A stretch of DNA of 64,000 bases from the human T2T-CHM13v2.0 reference genome, Homo sapiens: the NCBI RefSeq assembly GCF_009914755.1, contig NC_060947.1; one strand, 5' to 3'. Position numbers and translations under genes: made by a program. Below the pieces are notes generated by a model that was not told the origin of the DNA, did not search any database, and saw only the letters and a program-made list of their open reading frames with translations. Numbering within the stretch: the first letter of the stretch is position 1; every line of letters begins with the position of its first letter. Of the stretch, positions 13,266 to 26,700 are shown piece after piece.

Positions 13266-13520
13266 GAACAGAAACCAAACACCACATGTTCTCACTCATA
13301 AGTGGGAGTAGAACAATGAGAACACAGGGACACAGGGAGGGGAACATCACACACCGGGGCCTGTCTCAGGGTGGGGGCCTAGGGGAGGGATAGCATTAGG
13401 AGAAATACCTCATGTAGATGACAGGTTGATGGGTGCAGCAAACCACCATGCCACGTGTATACCTATGTAACAAACCTGCGCGTTCTGCACATGTACCCCA
13501 GAACTTATAATAAAAGAAAA
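13266..13520 (+). mobile_element. L1PA (about L1PA7/8) 3' end, 5'-truncated
   Basis: catgttctcactcataagtgggag...gggtgcagcaaaccaccatg...catgtaccccagaactta. Confidence 0.92.
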
Positions 13521-13744
13521 TGGAACAATAATTTTTAAATCTATACTATGAAGTTGATCATTTTTCTATATATTAAAAGTTTATTCCTAACTTAATGGAC
13601 TGAATATTAATGCTATAATTATACCTTATCAGTTGCTTGAACCTTAGGATACATTGACTAGATACACAGACATATTCTTGGAATTTTAGAATAGAAACAC
13701 ATAAAACCTAGCTTTTTATTCAAAATTGGGTTTGTTCTTAATCA

Positions 13745-14590
13745 TCTAATCAGTCATTCATTTTCACTGAATATCTTTAATGTGTCAGATAGTTAGCAAG
13801 GTATTTGGGATAAGTAGTGAAAGATATAGACAAAATAGACAAAAAAAAAAAAAAAAGAGAGAGAAGACAAAAAACTTGTCCTGATGGAATTTAAATCCCA
13901 GTGGAAGACAAATAATAAACAATAATACATTTATTGATAAGCAAATGAAATATTATGTTATATAGTGATGAATACTATAAAAAATAAAGACAAGTAGATG
14001 CAAAATGCAGCCACAGGTTTGTGACTTGGAACGAGTGGTCAGTGTATCCAATTGAGAAGGTGCCGTATGAGCAGAGACTTGAAGAAGCAAAGAGAGAGGC
14101 ATGTAGAAATCTAGGGGAAATACTCTCTAGTCAGAGGGAAGCCAGAGCAAAGGTCCTAAGATAAAGTCATTGCTTACAATGTAAAACAATAAACAAAACT
14201 AACTCTGATATAATTCAATATGGTAAATGAAAAAAAAAAGGAACAGGAAATACATGTTCTAAAGAGGAAAAAAATCACGTTTAGTTGGAAAAGTTATATT
14301 GGAAGTGCAAGATCCTAACCTTTCCTTGAAGGACTGGTTGGGTTTTGGTAAATGAAGAACTTCTGGTTTGGAACAAAAAACTCATGTCAAATTTAATTTA
14401 CATTAGAAGGATGATTATGGCTAAAGGTTAGTTAGCTGCTTCAATTAAAGGAATAAAGAAACTTAAATGCCCACATAAGGGGTTTAGACTTTGTTCCATG
14501 GGCAATGTAAATCAGCTAAGAGATCCTGCAGAAAATTCCAGGGTGAAGACATGATCTGGGAAGATGAAATTGAAGGCTTTGTGCAGATTC
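13745..14590 (-). mobile_element. L2 LINE fragments
   Basis: tcattcattttcactgaat...cttgtcctgatggaattta...tgagcagagacttgaag...gggtttagactttgttccatgggcaatg. Confidence 0.65.
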
Positions 14591-14696
14591 GTGTACAATA
14601 GCTGTAAATAACAGAATTTTAATACAAAGGTAATCAACCTGAAGTACACTCTAATTACAATAACACTTGCAATTATTATCTTACAATTTGACCTTT

Positions 14697-15710
14697 TATT
14701 TTTTAACTTTCTATTTTGGAATACAAAAACTGCAGATATTATAGAAAATTACAAGAACAGTGCAATAAATTTTCATATATCTTCTCCACCTAGATTTACC
14801 AATTAATAGATTTGCCACATTTACCTTATCTCTCTTCCTACATATAGGTAGGTAAAAAGAGCTGCACTACATATACACACACACACACAACATATCATTG
14901 CTAAACCCCATGAGAGCACATTGCAGACACTGAAACTAAATTCTTCAATGTGAATCCCCTAAAAACAAGAATTTTTTATGTAACCAGGATACATTTATCA
15001 AATTCAGGAAAATTCAAAATTACAAAATGCCATTGCCTATGATATAGTCTATATTCAAATTTCAAAAATTGTCCCAGTACATACCCTTTACACCATATTT
15101 ACCATCTAGGATAATGCACTGCATTTAACTGCCAATTCTCTTTAGTCTCCTTTAATCTGGTATGGTTCCTCAGCTTTTCTTCGTCTTTGATAACACTGAC
15201 ATTTCGAAGAGTAGAAGCTAGATGGTTTTATTTTTTATAGTTGTCCCTCAGTTTGGATTGGCTGGACATTTCCTTATTTTTTTTGGATGTTTATGTGTTT
15301 CTGGCTATAATACTACTTAAATGATATTGTGCCCTCTTATTGCAGTACACCGGGGGTGGGGGGGATGATATCAAGTTGTCCCGTTATTGGTGATGTTAAA
15401 TTTGGTCACTTCCTTAAAATGATGTCCATTTTTCCCCAGTGAGGAGGTACTATGAGACGGTGTGAATATCCTGCCTCACCAATCTTTCAACCAATAATTT
15501 TAACGTCTATTGATAATTTTTGCCTGAATCAATTATTATTATGATGGCTGAAAAATGGTCATTTCTAACTATATCGTTCATTTCATATTTACCGGTTGAC
15601 ATTCTGCTCTTAGGGAGAGCTTTCCCTTCTTGTTGGTTTATTTGTAACTAATATGAACACATGGATTTGTGCTTTATTCAGTTACTGCCATTATTCATTT
15701 TAACTCATCT
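14697..15710 (-). mobile_element. Old L1 (L1MC4/5-like) 3' region
   Basis: atagaaaattacaagaacagtgcaataaa...cacctagatttaccaatt...tttgccacattt; tctttagtctcctttaatctgg. Confidence 0.75.
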
Positions 15711-16700
15711 TTTAAAACATACCACCTATGAATACTTCTTAATTCACAGAGAGAAAAACCAGCTTAACACCCTTCTTGCCTAGTTGAAAGAGAAAAAAAG
15801 CACATTCCAAGGGTAGGCTCTAGCATGCTGTGAAGAGAATGTTACACTTTTTCTTCTAGCCTTTCATTTTATTTTTCACTTTGAATAGTTCATTAACACA
15901 TAACAATGAAGTTCCAAGGACCTGTGGGACCTTAGTCTAACTGGGCTCTAATGATGGGTCCTAGCCAACAACCATATTTGCATTTTGATTGGCAGTAAGT
16001 AGAAGTTAATTTGGTGCTTCGTCTAAAAACCTCTTTCCAAATGGCAAAATATACTACTTTGGAGGTAATCTTTTGCCCAAATGTTTGGTCATACAGATTA
16101 AGCCGCTCCATTCAGGGATCATTTTTATTTTTATTATTATAATTTTGGGGGTTTATACCCTGACTTCCCAAAAAGGACTTTTGCAAGATCAAAACTGTTA
16201 TTCTTACATACTGGTTTGTACTTTCCCAAAACATTTTCTTCCTTTATGTGAATAGCAGCTTGATTTGTTAATGTGTTTCCCCCACCCCCCGCAAAAATAA
16301 CTGCTTTTAAATTACACTGATGTATTGTAGAACTGAGTTGAGTATCTTTGTAGGCTGAGCATAATTATCCTCCTGCCAGGAACAAATAAGTTATACTGCT
16401 CCAGAGAAATAAATATGCATATGAATTTATGTGGATGGATAAATTCTTATAAACTTTAGCTCTTTATAACACAATGAGAGAAAAAGAAATGTACCTGGTG
16501 AGGCTAATGAATAAACTGGGATCATTATAATGTCTGTCATGCATTTTCCCCACAAACTTGCATTTTACTGCATATAAATGAGGGAAGAACACTTCAAAAG
16601 ACTTTTTATAATGAACGAACCAACTTTAGGATAAACTACACAAAAGTAAGCCATCTAAAATCTTCAGTTATACCTTCTGGCAAAATTCTATATATATAGG

Positions 16701-16702
<2 letters not shown>

Positions 16703-16740
<38 letters not shown>
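16703..16740 (+). repeat. (CA)n microsatellite
   Basis: About 19 units. Confidence 0.95.
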
Positions 16741-16742
<2 letters not shown>

Positions 16743-18769
16743 TCAAATAGAGATACTGACTAAAAACTGCAAGTCAAGAGTTCAAAAATACATATGAACT
16801 TTTACTTACTTTGTTAAAAGCTTTACCTTTTCGAAGATTTCTAGCAGAAAATGTTTGCAAACAATAACACCAGGTACAGGCCAAGAAAAGAACATAGTTT
16901 CCCATAGTATACTAGGTAATTGCAGCAAGATCAGTGGAAACCAAATGCATTTATTATTTGCAATGTAATTCAATATACTAAGAGATGGCACGCACTTTAT
17001 TTTAATTAGCTGTTTCTTTTAAGGGGTTGCTTGCTCCCACTGTCTTGATAAGAAAAAATTGTAGTCATTGCTCAAAATGCTTGTAGCAAATCTAGTTTTA
17101 AATTGAAACAATTTATTCCAAAGCAGTCTACTACTGCAGCAATAATCAATGTGTTTTCCCTTAGCCTGTACTGGAGCTTTCCTAGGACTATTGTTAATTG
17201 CCTGTAACTAAATGATCGCTGGGGCCCTTAAATGCAACTCTTTGGCACTTGTTCATTTGTTGTTTTTAACCAAATGCCAGTTTTCCCTAGGTTTTGCCTA
17301 GCAATTTTGCTTTACAATTTTCAATATTCAGTCTCAGTCCCTTAAAGGGGGCAGAGTCTATCATTTTAACAAAATACACAAAGGCTAAACAGATTTTAAA
17401 AGGTCTGCATTTCTCCTTCTGTCCTCAGATGTTGAATTGTGCTGAAATGATATCTTTTTATTTTTTAAATGCTGCCACTCCAGGCAACTTGAACTAGAGC
17501 TGAAAAGTAGATCCCATTTCAAAGGGAAAATGACATTTGCTGGGGCAACACCATTTACATTGTAATGTAAAGATAAAATACAGCAGTGGGCCCAAATGAT
17601 TTCTCTTAACTGTGACAGAATTTAATCCTTAGTAATTTTGTATAACCCAAAGGATAAGCAATAATAGGTAGCGCATGTATTAATGAATCTGTCTGGCTTG
17701 GAGCAAAAGAATACAGAGGCTAAATCTAATGCACAATTTTCTTTGAAAGGGTTTTCATATGCTATATAAACCAGTGTGACTTAAATAGAAAAAAAATTTA
17801 ACTTGCATACATGTATAATGTGTAGGCTTGTATATTACACTCCTGCATAGAAATATTGTAATAACTGAGGGGCAGGCACTGTGCACCATGGGGAAAGACA
17901 CATTTCCATTTTGTTCCTGACCTCTTTATAAGGACATTATAAGAACACTATGCTTCTGCAATGTAATACTACAGAAGTCTCTGGGGGAAAGTCTGTGATG
18001 CTCTCAGGATCTCAGGATAAATTAGCTCCTTGTAAATTCTGTTTCTTTAGACTTGTTTTTGGTATTCCTATTATTAGTAAATGACTATCTATGGCCCAGA
18101 AGAATTATTCTTGCTTATTGCTCATTCTCTAAGCATATATAACTTTTCATATGTTTGTACCCTAAAGGAGTTTTTCATGTGACACAAGACTGTTTCTGTA
18201 ACTGCTAAGCTACATCAACCCTGCTCTCTTTTTCTTATTATATTTTAAACAACACTATTGATTGGCTATGTAGAGTATTCTAAGTAATGTATATCATTTC
18301 TTAAATGGCTCGTGACATGTAGCAATGGGAGTAACTCCTATCTGGGTAATTACTTTGCTAAAAATAAGAAGGACTTATTTTCATACAATTTTTCTCTAAT
18401 TTACCTGTATTCAATTTCTCAAAATTAAAAAAGTATGTAGAGACCAGTATTATAAATACCATCTGGAGAAAATGAGAGTTCTGTTTATTAGATTGATCAG
18501 ATTATATTTCAGGCAAATATTTTTTATTATTTCCAAAGCTCCTCGACTATCTATGGGCACTTAAGGCATGCCACATGCCCAGCCCCTGTGTAGTGCCTCC
18601 AGATATAAAGAATGTGCTTGGGGGCACCGTAAAAGAATCATTCCCTGCCTGGGCCCTTATCTACAGCAGAGCAGCTTTCCTGACTCCCAGCTTTCTTCCC
18701 ACACTTCTCCCCACATAGGCCTTTGGTTAGAACTTACGTTTTTCTTAAAAAAAGAAAAATCAAAATGTT

Positions 18770-19390
18770 AAAGAATTGAAATATGATTCACATAATATAA
18801 AGCGTGTAGCTCTAAGTGTTTGGCTAAATGAGTTCCGACAAATATAAACACTTGTGTATCCACACCATAAACCTATTTCCTTTACCCCAGAAAGTTTCCT
18901 CTTGCTCCATTCCAACAAGTTTCCCTTCACTCATCATCAATGAATCTATTTTCTGATTTATGTCACTATGGATCATGTTGGTCTGTTCTTGAGTGTAATT
19001 TAAATAGAATCATACAGTAGGTATTATTTCTTGTCTGGCTTCCTTTTTCTAACATAATTTTGTGAGAGTCATGCATGTTTTGCGTATCAGTAGTTTACTA
19101 CTTTTATTGCTGAGTATATTCTATCATATGAACATACAATAGTTTGTTCATCATTTCCTGTTAATGGACATTTAAGTTGTCTCTATTTGTGGCTGCTGTG
19201 AATAAATAAGACTATTCTGAGCATTCTCATACAACTCTTCTTGCAGATATCTGCTTATATTTCTCTTGGACAAATACCTAGGAGTGGAACTGCTATTGAT
19301 ATGGTAGATTTTTATTTAATTTTATTAGAAATTACCCCAAAGTTTACAATGTGGTAATATCACTGGGTACTCTCACTAGCAATGTTTGGG
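18770..19390 (-). mobile_element. Old L1 (L1ME/L1MD-like) 3' region
   Basis: ccccagaaagtttcct...aaatagaatcatacagtag...tttctcttggacaaatacctaggagtggaactgct. Confidence 0.8.
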
Positions 19391-20035
19391 AGTGGAAGCT
19401 AAGTGTTCTTGATTCTTTTTCCATTTCTTTTTTTGTACAAGAAATTTTTGAGTGGTAAATTCCTAGTGTTTAATATACTAAATTAGAAAATCTTAAAAGA
19501 AGCCATAGTCAAAATGCTTATTTCTCACATTATATCCAATGTATTTTAAATCATATCTTCCTGATGTATAAATCACCCTGTGGGCATAAGTTAGAATTTT
19601 ACACAGGCTTCTGTGTATGGTGGAGTTTATTATCTTGAGTGAACAAGACCCAATGTATCCCCACAGGATTAGCCGCTCACCCTTTCTGTTCATATAATAG
19701 GGGGAAAACATTATACTGAAGAGCTTTTTGTATTTTGTTCCTGGTATTTTTGTAGTACTGTCTTGTGTGGTTCCCCACAATGTTAATCAGATAAGCTGCT
19801 GGAGGTATTTTTCAGTGTTTTACACTTCATATTAATTTACTTAGACTCTAAAAGAGTTGATCTCACTTTATTTTTTCTTAGATGCATACAGTTCAATCGT
19901 TTTAAATAAGATTTTCTTCAATTTCCCATTTAATTTTAATAATTACAGAAAAACACACTTGATTAAACAGCAGTTAATGTGTTGTTTATTAAACTGTAGA
20001 ATTAGAAATCAAGGGCTAGGTAATAGGAAATATGA

Positions 20036-20479
<444 letters not shown>

Positions 20480-21605
20480 TGATTTCACCCCATTTGTGAG
20501 AACTCAGGACTGATCTGATAACCTGAGGGTACTTGTTACCAGCAAAACCGTGGATCATTTTAAAGTTCTCAGTCTAAGCTTACATTGACTGTGTTATGAA
20601 ATTAGATAACTTACTGGTGGATTCTGAATTACAGAATCAAGAATAACATTATTTTACAGCTTTAATTTCAGAAATGTTTATATTTAATTGTAGTTAAGGA
20701 AACTAGTACTTTTCAAGGTAGTTGTCAACTGCAGGGAACAATGGCTACCCATCAGTAACAACATTTGGGCTGTGATGATTACCGACAACGCTTAAAGTGA
20801 GTTTCAAAAATCTATGCATGATGGCTTACTATTTAAATACCAATATCCTTATTTTTGTTACAATGTCCATGGTTCTAAAGAAGGAAAAAATAACAAAAAA
20901 TTTTATCTCCAAGTTTTCCTGATAAGTTTTGATCTAAGGTAGATATTCAGTAGAAAAAGGAGAATTTGTATACAGTGAGTGTCAAGAAAATTCCTTTTTT
21001 GGATAGAACGTAGTAACATGCCTGGTAAAAGGGGAAGCAAAAATCTTAAAAAGTAAACGGTTGAATGAAAATAAAACACCACCAACATATTCATATACTG
21101 TCCCATCCACTAGGAGGCCTACTTCTTACACCCAAAAAGCATTCAGCCTCCAAGATTATGGTAGACCACCTTGGTATCACTGTATTCAGGAAGATACAGC
21201 AGAGGAGCTATTGCTCCTGGCAGGAGTCAGCAGACAGCATTCATTAGATAGTCTTCCCAACATTCTATGCAACAATCCACAGTGCTCTCCTGAAACTGTG
21301 TTGTTTGACCTCTCACCTTTCTTTGGCCCCCAACCCACAGGTGACAGCTCAAGTGAGAGGGATCAAGATTCTCATTGGGAGAGGCCAAAAGTCATCCTGG
21401 CTTAAAAGCTTCATATCCACAGGAATCAGTATTTATTTTATCAACCCCATAAGCATAGCTTCCGGGATCTCCACAAGTGATACATTTATATAAGAGAGTT
21501 ATGGTACTCTGTTAAACCCAATATTATAGTTTCCAATCAGATATTTACAATTCTCTTAATCCAAATGCAAGCTACCAACCAAGGTTCATTTTTACCACAA
21601 GCAAT

Positions 21606-21658
21606 GTTGCTTAGCAACATGGTTGTCACATACCACCTTATCTAGTTACCAAGGAAAC
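21606..21658. promoter_or_regulatory. Pair of RFX X-box-like motifs
   Basis: GTTGCTTAGCAAC (21606-21618) and GTTACCAAGGAAAC (21645-21658) versus X-box consensus GTTRCC(N0-3)RGYAAC. Confidence 0.45.
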
Positions 21659-21831
21659 AGAGCTAGAAAGTTATCAAAAGGTCAAATTCTCATGCAAAAA
21701 GGAAAGGGGTTGTGTCAACCCGTTAACCCACATCTGATCTCATCCAGGAAAATGTGAAATCAAACTGAGTTTAATTTATGATTTTGGATGTGAATACCAT
21801 ATAATTCCCCATTGTGGTTTTTTCTTTCTAG

Positions 21832-21975
21832 AGCTAATGTACACAGTGGAACTTGCTGGAGGCCTTGGTGCTATACTCTTGCTGCTTGTATGTTTGGTGA
21901 CCATCTACAAGTGTTACAAGATAGAAATCATGCTCTTCTACAGGAATCATTTTGGAGCTGAAGAGCTCGATGGAG
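21832..21975 (+). CDS. IL1RAPL1: IL1RAPL1 exon 9, transmembrane helix ([48 protein letters not shown])
   Basis: Pyrimidine tract and AG at 21830-21831; donor G|GTAGG at 21975/21976; 144 nt, phase 1/1; hydrophobic segment then IL-1R-family juxtamembrane sequence. Confidence 0.97.
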
Positions 21976-22733
21976 GTAGGATGTTACCTCTTTTATTGTT
22001 CTTTCTGAATGTTCTAATTTCTTTCTTGTCTTTGTTTTATTAAGGGGAAAAAAATTACGTGCATAATCAATGGCAGCAGCTCGTATATTCTTTCAGTGCT
22101 CAGTTTGTAAATTTCTCTTTTGTAAGGAAATGTGTGATGCTTTATAGCCAATACTGTAGGTATTTTCCTCTGAAAGTTGTAAAGCAACACCTATCCATTT
22201 TAGAATTGTATTCCAAACACTTACAAATTACAAACACTGATTGCAATGCCATCAGAGTGTTCCTTTTCTCTCACCTTGTAATCAGGACTGAAAGGCCAGT
22301 TTTACTTTTTTTTAGGTAAGGAGTGTCTCTTTTAATTGTGTTTTCTAGCCCAGTAGTTTGAAGCGAATCTCAATTTGCTCCTGTTTAGACTGATCCGTTA
22401 TAATAAACTGTACTGAGTATTTTAAATTCATCCAGCAGTCTTTTCAATCTTGTTTATTTAGCTATATTTAGATAGCCTAATTTTTATTCCAAGTGTGGAC
22501 CAACAGAAAAATGCACAAGCACATTAATTTCATAGTAATGCATCTCATATTTTTACTGTACGTAGACAAATAAATATTGTTTTGTGGAAATCATAATTAG
22601 TATTTGCTTCTGGTCACCAATGAATATGTGTACAATCTAAGAGGAAAATGGAGTCCTTAAAATTCAGCTCCCTAAACTGCACATTAGACTTATGTTTTTA
22701 AAAAATAACAAAAAGGAAAATAAACTAAGATAA

Positions 22734-23101
<368 letters not shown>

Positions 23102-23477
23102 TCATCATATTTATATACTGTTTTTTTTTCAGTGATTTTCAGTTTTGCAGTAAATGGTACCAAGGAAAATGAGGCAATTGCCTATGTTGCCACGTTTCCA
23201 GGGTCCTCTGGAATAATAAATCCACAAGCAAAACTAGTTTTGCAGGTTTGTAAAGAGAAGTGGTTTATTCAGAATGCCTAACACTCCTCTTGGTTTACCC
23301 TTCTCTCCTTCCCATTAGGGTGAAGCCTGAGCTGCAGCAAAACCCTTTCTTTTTCTTAAGTTTTTAATTGCTGATTTGCCTATTTGTTTCTAACTTTCTT
23401 GCCTATTGATGCAAATTATTATTATTACTATTGCTGCTGTTTTAAAGAAATATAAGGACTTTGCCATTGTCGGAACT

Positions 23478-23700
23478 ACTGTTGAATGAGCACCAAGCAT
23501 AGTGCTAGGCATTCTTAGAGTCATTCTTGCTAACCCTCACAAACATCCTGAGGTCAATATTGTAATCTCCATTTTACTGATAAGGCAACTGAGACTTTCA
23601 GAGGTTAAATAACTTACTCAAGAAGATAACACAAATACTGTAAGTGTCCAAGATGGGATTTGAAAATAAGTCTATTCCCAAAGCCTTTATCTTATCGGAT
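23478..23700 (-). mobile_element. MIR SINE
   Basis: ctccattttactgataaggcaactgagactttcagaggttaaataacttactcaag. Confidence 0.85.
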
Positions 23701-26700
23701 ACTCTCTATTATTTGTATTTTTTTTAAATTTAGTATGTTCAGTATCATCTAAAGATCTACTGTTGTTTGCACAATTAGCACAGTACATGGTATTTGAAAA
23801 AGCACATTACCTAAACAAGTCTCCCCTTTTCTATTAACCCTGTTTTGAATATGTTTATTTTGTGTTCTGAATGAGATGAATCATTTTACCAAACTATCAA
23901 TTTCTAGGGCAGTAATCTGTCATTTTCTGAATGTAGAAAATTCTGGAATATAATGAAAATGAATTAATCATACGCAGTGGAACTTTCAGTGATTCGAAGT
24001 TTCGTTTAGTGGGTCCTGCTAATTGTAAACACTTCAGTGACTGACTTGGGTAGCCTTACCATATTTCATTGCTGTTCTGAAGCTGCTGGGTTCTCAGTTT
24101 TTTAAAAAATGTTTTAAGTAAGAAAACAAAGCAGACAGACACTAACAAACAGTATTCTAACAGATGAGAAGGTTCTCTTGGAAAGCAATTTAGTTAATAA
24201 ATCCTTTAGCGATTCTTAGAACTCTGTCTCTGAGGCCATCTTAAGCACAATCGAGGGTCTAACTATTAGGGCTTTTCTTGAAATGCCACTGAAAATGAAT
24301 TAGACCCAAAGAAAACCAAGATAACAAACTTAACTGTCATCTGGAATATGTTAATGTACAAGTTATTCCCCTAAAAAGCGGGGGGCAGGGGGAAGCAAAG
24401 ACTGTCAAGGCAGTGATTGTTCAAATGGTTTTATGGGAAGAAATTATTACTAGAACCGCAATCACATGTTCAGCCTCCCTATATTAAAGCAGACCCGTTC
24501 CTGCTGAAATGGTGGTCAGGGCCCCACTCTTAACTCGTATCTCCCGCTGCATCACACCTAACCTCTAGAACTTCCAGACACTGTTTTATCAGAACCATAC
24601 AGCAGTACTAATAATTATATAGCAAGTTTAAAATCTATATCTTAACAAAAGTTAGAAGTGTATAATTGCAACTTTCTTTAATTCTCTAGTGCTCTAAAAC
24701 CATTCAGCTTGGCTCTCAAGTTCCCATTTCTACTGAGAAAAAACTCATAACCTTGCTTCTCCAAGATTACTCCGTCACTTCTGGTTTGGAATTCAGCTTC
24801 TTGTGGGTTAACACTCAGTTGAAAATTGGAATATTCCATTTCCCTTCTTCTCTTTTACTCTTGTTTAAACCTGTTTCCAGGGAACTCATATGTAGCTTTC
24901 TGGTAAAGGAAAAAGTCACCTGGTGCATATGCCATCCCTTCCTCACTTGAGATACTACCACCTGGTCTTTGGACATGTTGAGCACTGACTTCTGAAGGCG
25001 TAGATCCTTGTCATGGCCTCCAGTCACAAGTTTCACACACTTGCCCAGATGTTTCTCCCTTGGGAATTTCAGACATTCTTACCTGTGTTTCTAGTCCCAT
25101 AAACTCGGCTACACGCATACCCACCTTCCCATTAAAAAAAAAAAAGTAATCATCTTCTTCATCCTTTGCCTCTTTCATATACGGTTTCCACATTGAGTGC
25201 AGGATTTCTCTATGAAGTTTACAGTTTCCCAAGATTTTCCCTGGGAAACTTGACACAAATCCTCGCCCTTCTCAGATTCTGCCTCAAACCATATGAAGTT
25301 CTGTTATCCTCTTCTCCTCTCTGTGGCCCTGAGGGCCCCCTTCTCAGAAACCCATGCAGGCTGTAAACCTTAGTCACAGCCCCTTAGAGCCTCCTATACA
25401 TGCTTTTATGGTCAAAGAATGGTCTACTCTTCCAATAGTGAAAAACTTCTCTGACATCATCAAATCCCCATGCTTCCTAGCTCTGCAAGCTTTTTCCTCT
25501 TCCAAAGAAGAGATGGCTATTCAACAAAACCCAAGGCTTTGTAAATTCTTGTCTTTTAAAAAATGTAATTTAGAGTCAAACCTGAGTATTGCCTTCTTTA
25601 TTCATGGCTATCATATTTACCTTCCCTGAAGGGGTAATTTATAAAATACTTTTGAAAGTAAGATAAGGCAAAAAGTGTGAAAAATAACCAGGGAAAAATG
25701 TTTAATAATATCCTACTATAGCAATATGATAATAATAGATTCAATGGCCATTTATTGAATAACAAGTGATGTGTTGACTACTTTATCAATAATCAGAGAA
25801 TCACACAATTAGAAAGACAGAATTTAAGCTCCGGTCTAAATGGCTCTAAATTCCAAGATATACAGCCATTTTATCAGACTTGCAGATGGAGTTTCTGGCA
25901 TCAGGGACACATTCACTCAGTTCCTTTGGAGTCATTACAAAAGGCATTACCTGGCTATATCAGTTCTTTATCAGAAGGATTATGATTGATATAGAAGGAT
26001 TCTAATATTTTTTAAAGATAGAACATATTGATGCTTTTCTCTCTCAGTTCGTTCACATCACTCCTTGTTCCCCTCTATATAACCTTACATTTTATTATCT
26101 CCCCTGCATTCAGTCCTTAGCATTTCCAATTCCACAACACTCCCCGCCCATACTCATTCTTTGTCATCCTCCATTTTACACCTCAGTTCCTGGTATCACC
26201 TTCTATCTCATTGGCCACACTTTCCCCTCATATGCCATTTCTAATTAGTCATCAATATCAGTCAATTGCACCTCTCAAAAATAGATATTTTCCTTACCCT
26301 TAATTGCAACTGCTTTGTCCAAGCCTCCTACACCACCCTCTTGTTTTCATTCTCTACTTCTCTATCTTATCCTTCACATTCTAACAGAATTATCTAAGTA
26401 CAAATTTACTGTTCCATTTTTTAAAATGCCTCCATTTTGCCTGCTAGAACAGTCTAGACTTAGCTCAGAAAGCAATTGCCATCAAAGGGTGACCCACCTT
26501 ACTTTTGTAGCATTGCCACCCCCATGGGATCTCAACATGCAGAGTTCTAGTTAGAATAAGATGTTAGTCTTTGTAATAACACAGCTATTGAGAATGAACC
26601 TAAGACAATGTAATCTTGCATAATTCTCTGAGGTTTTTGGGGAAAATGAAGTAACCACAATGGTTAAGGGGAGGAGAAGATACGCTATCCCCCTACCACT

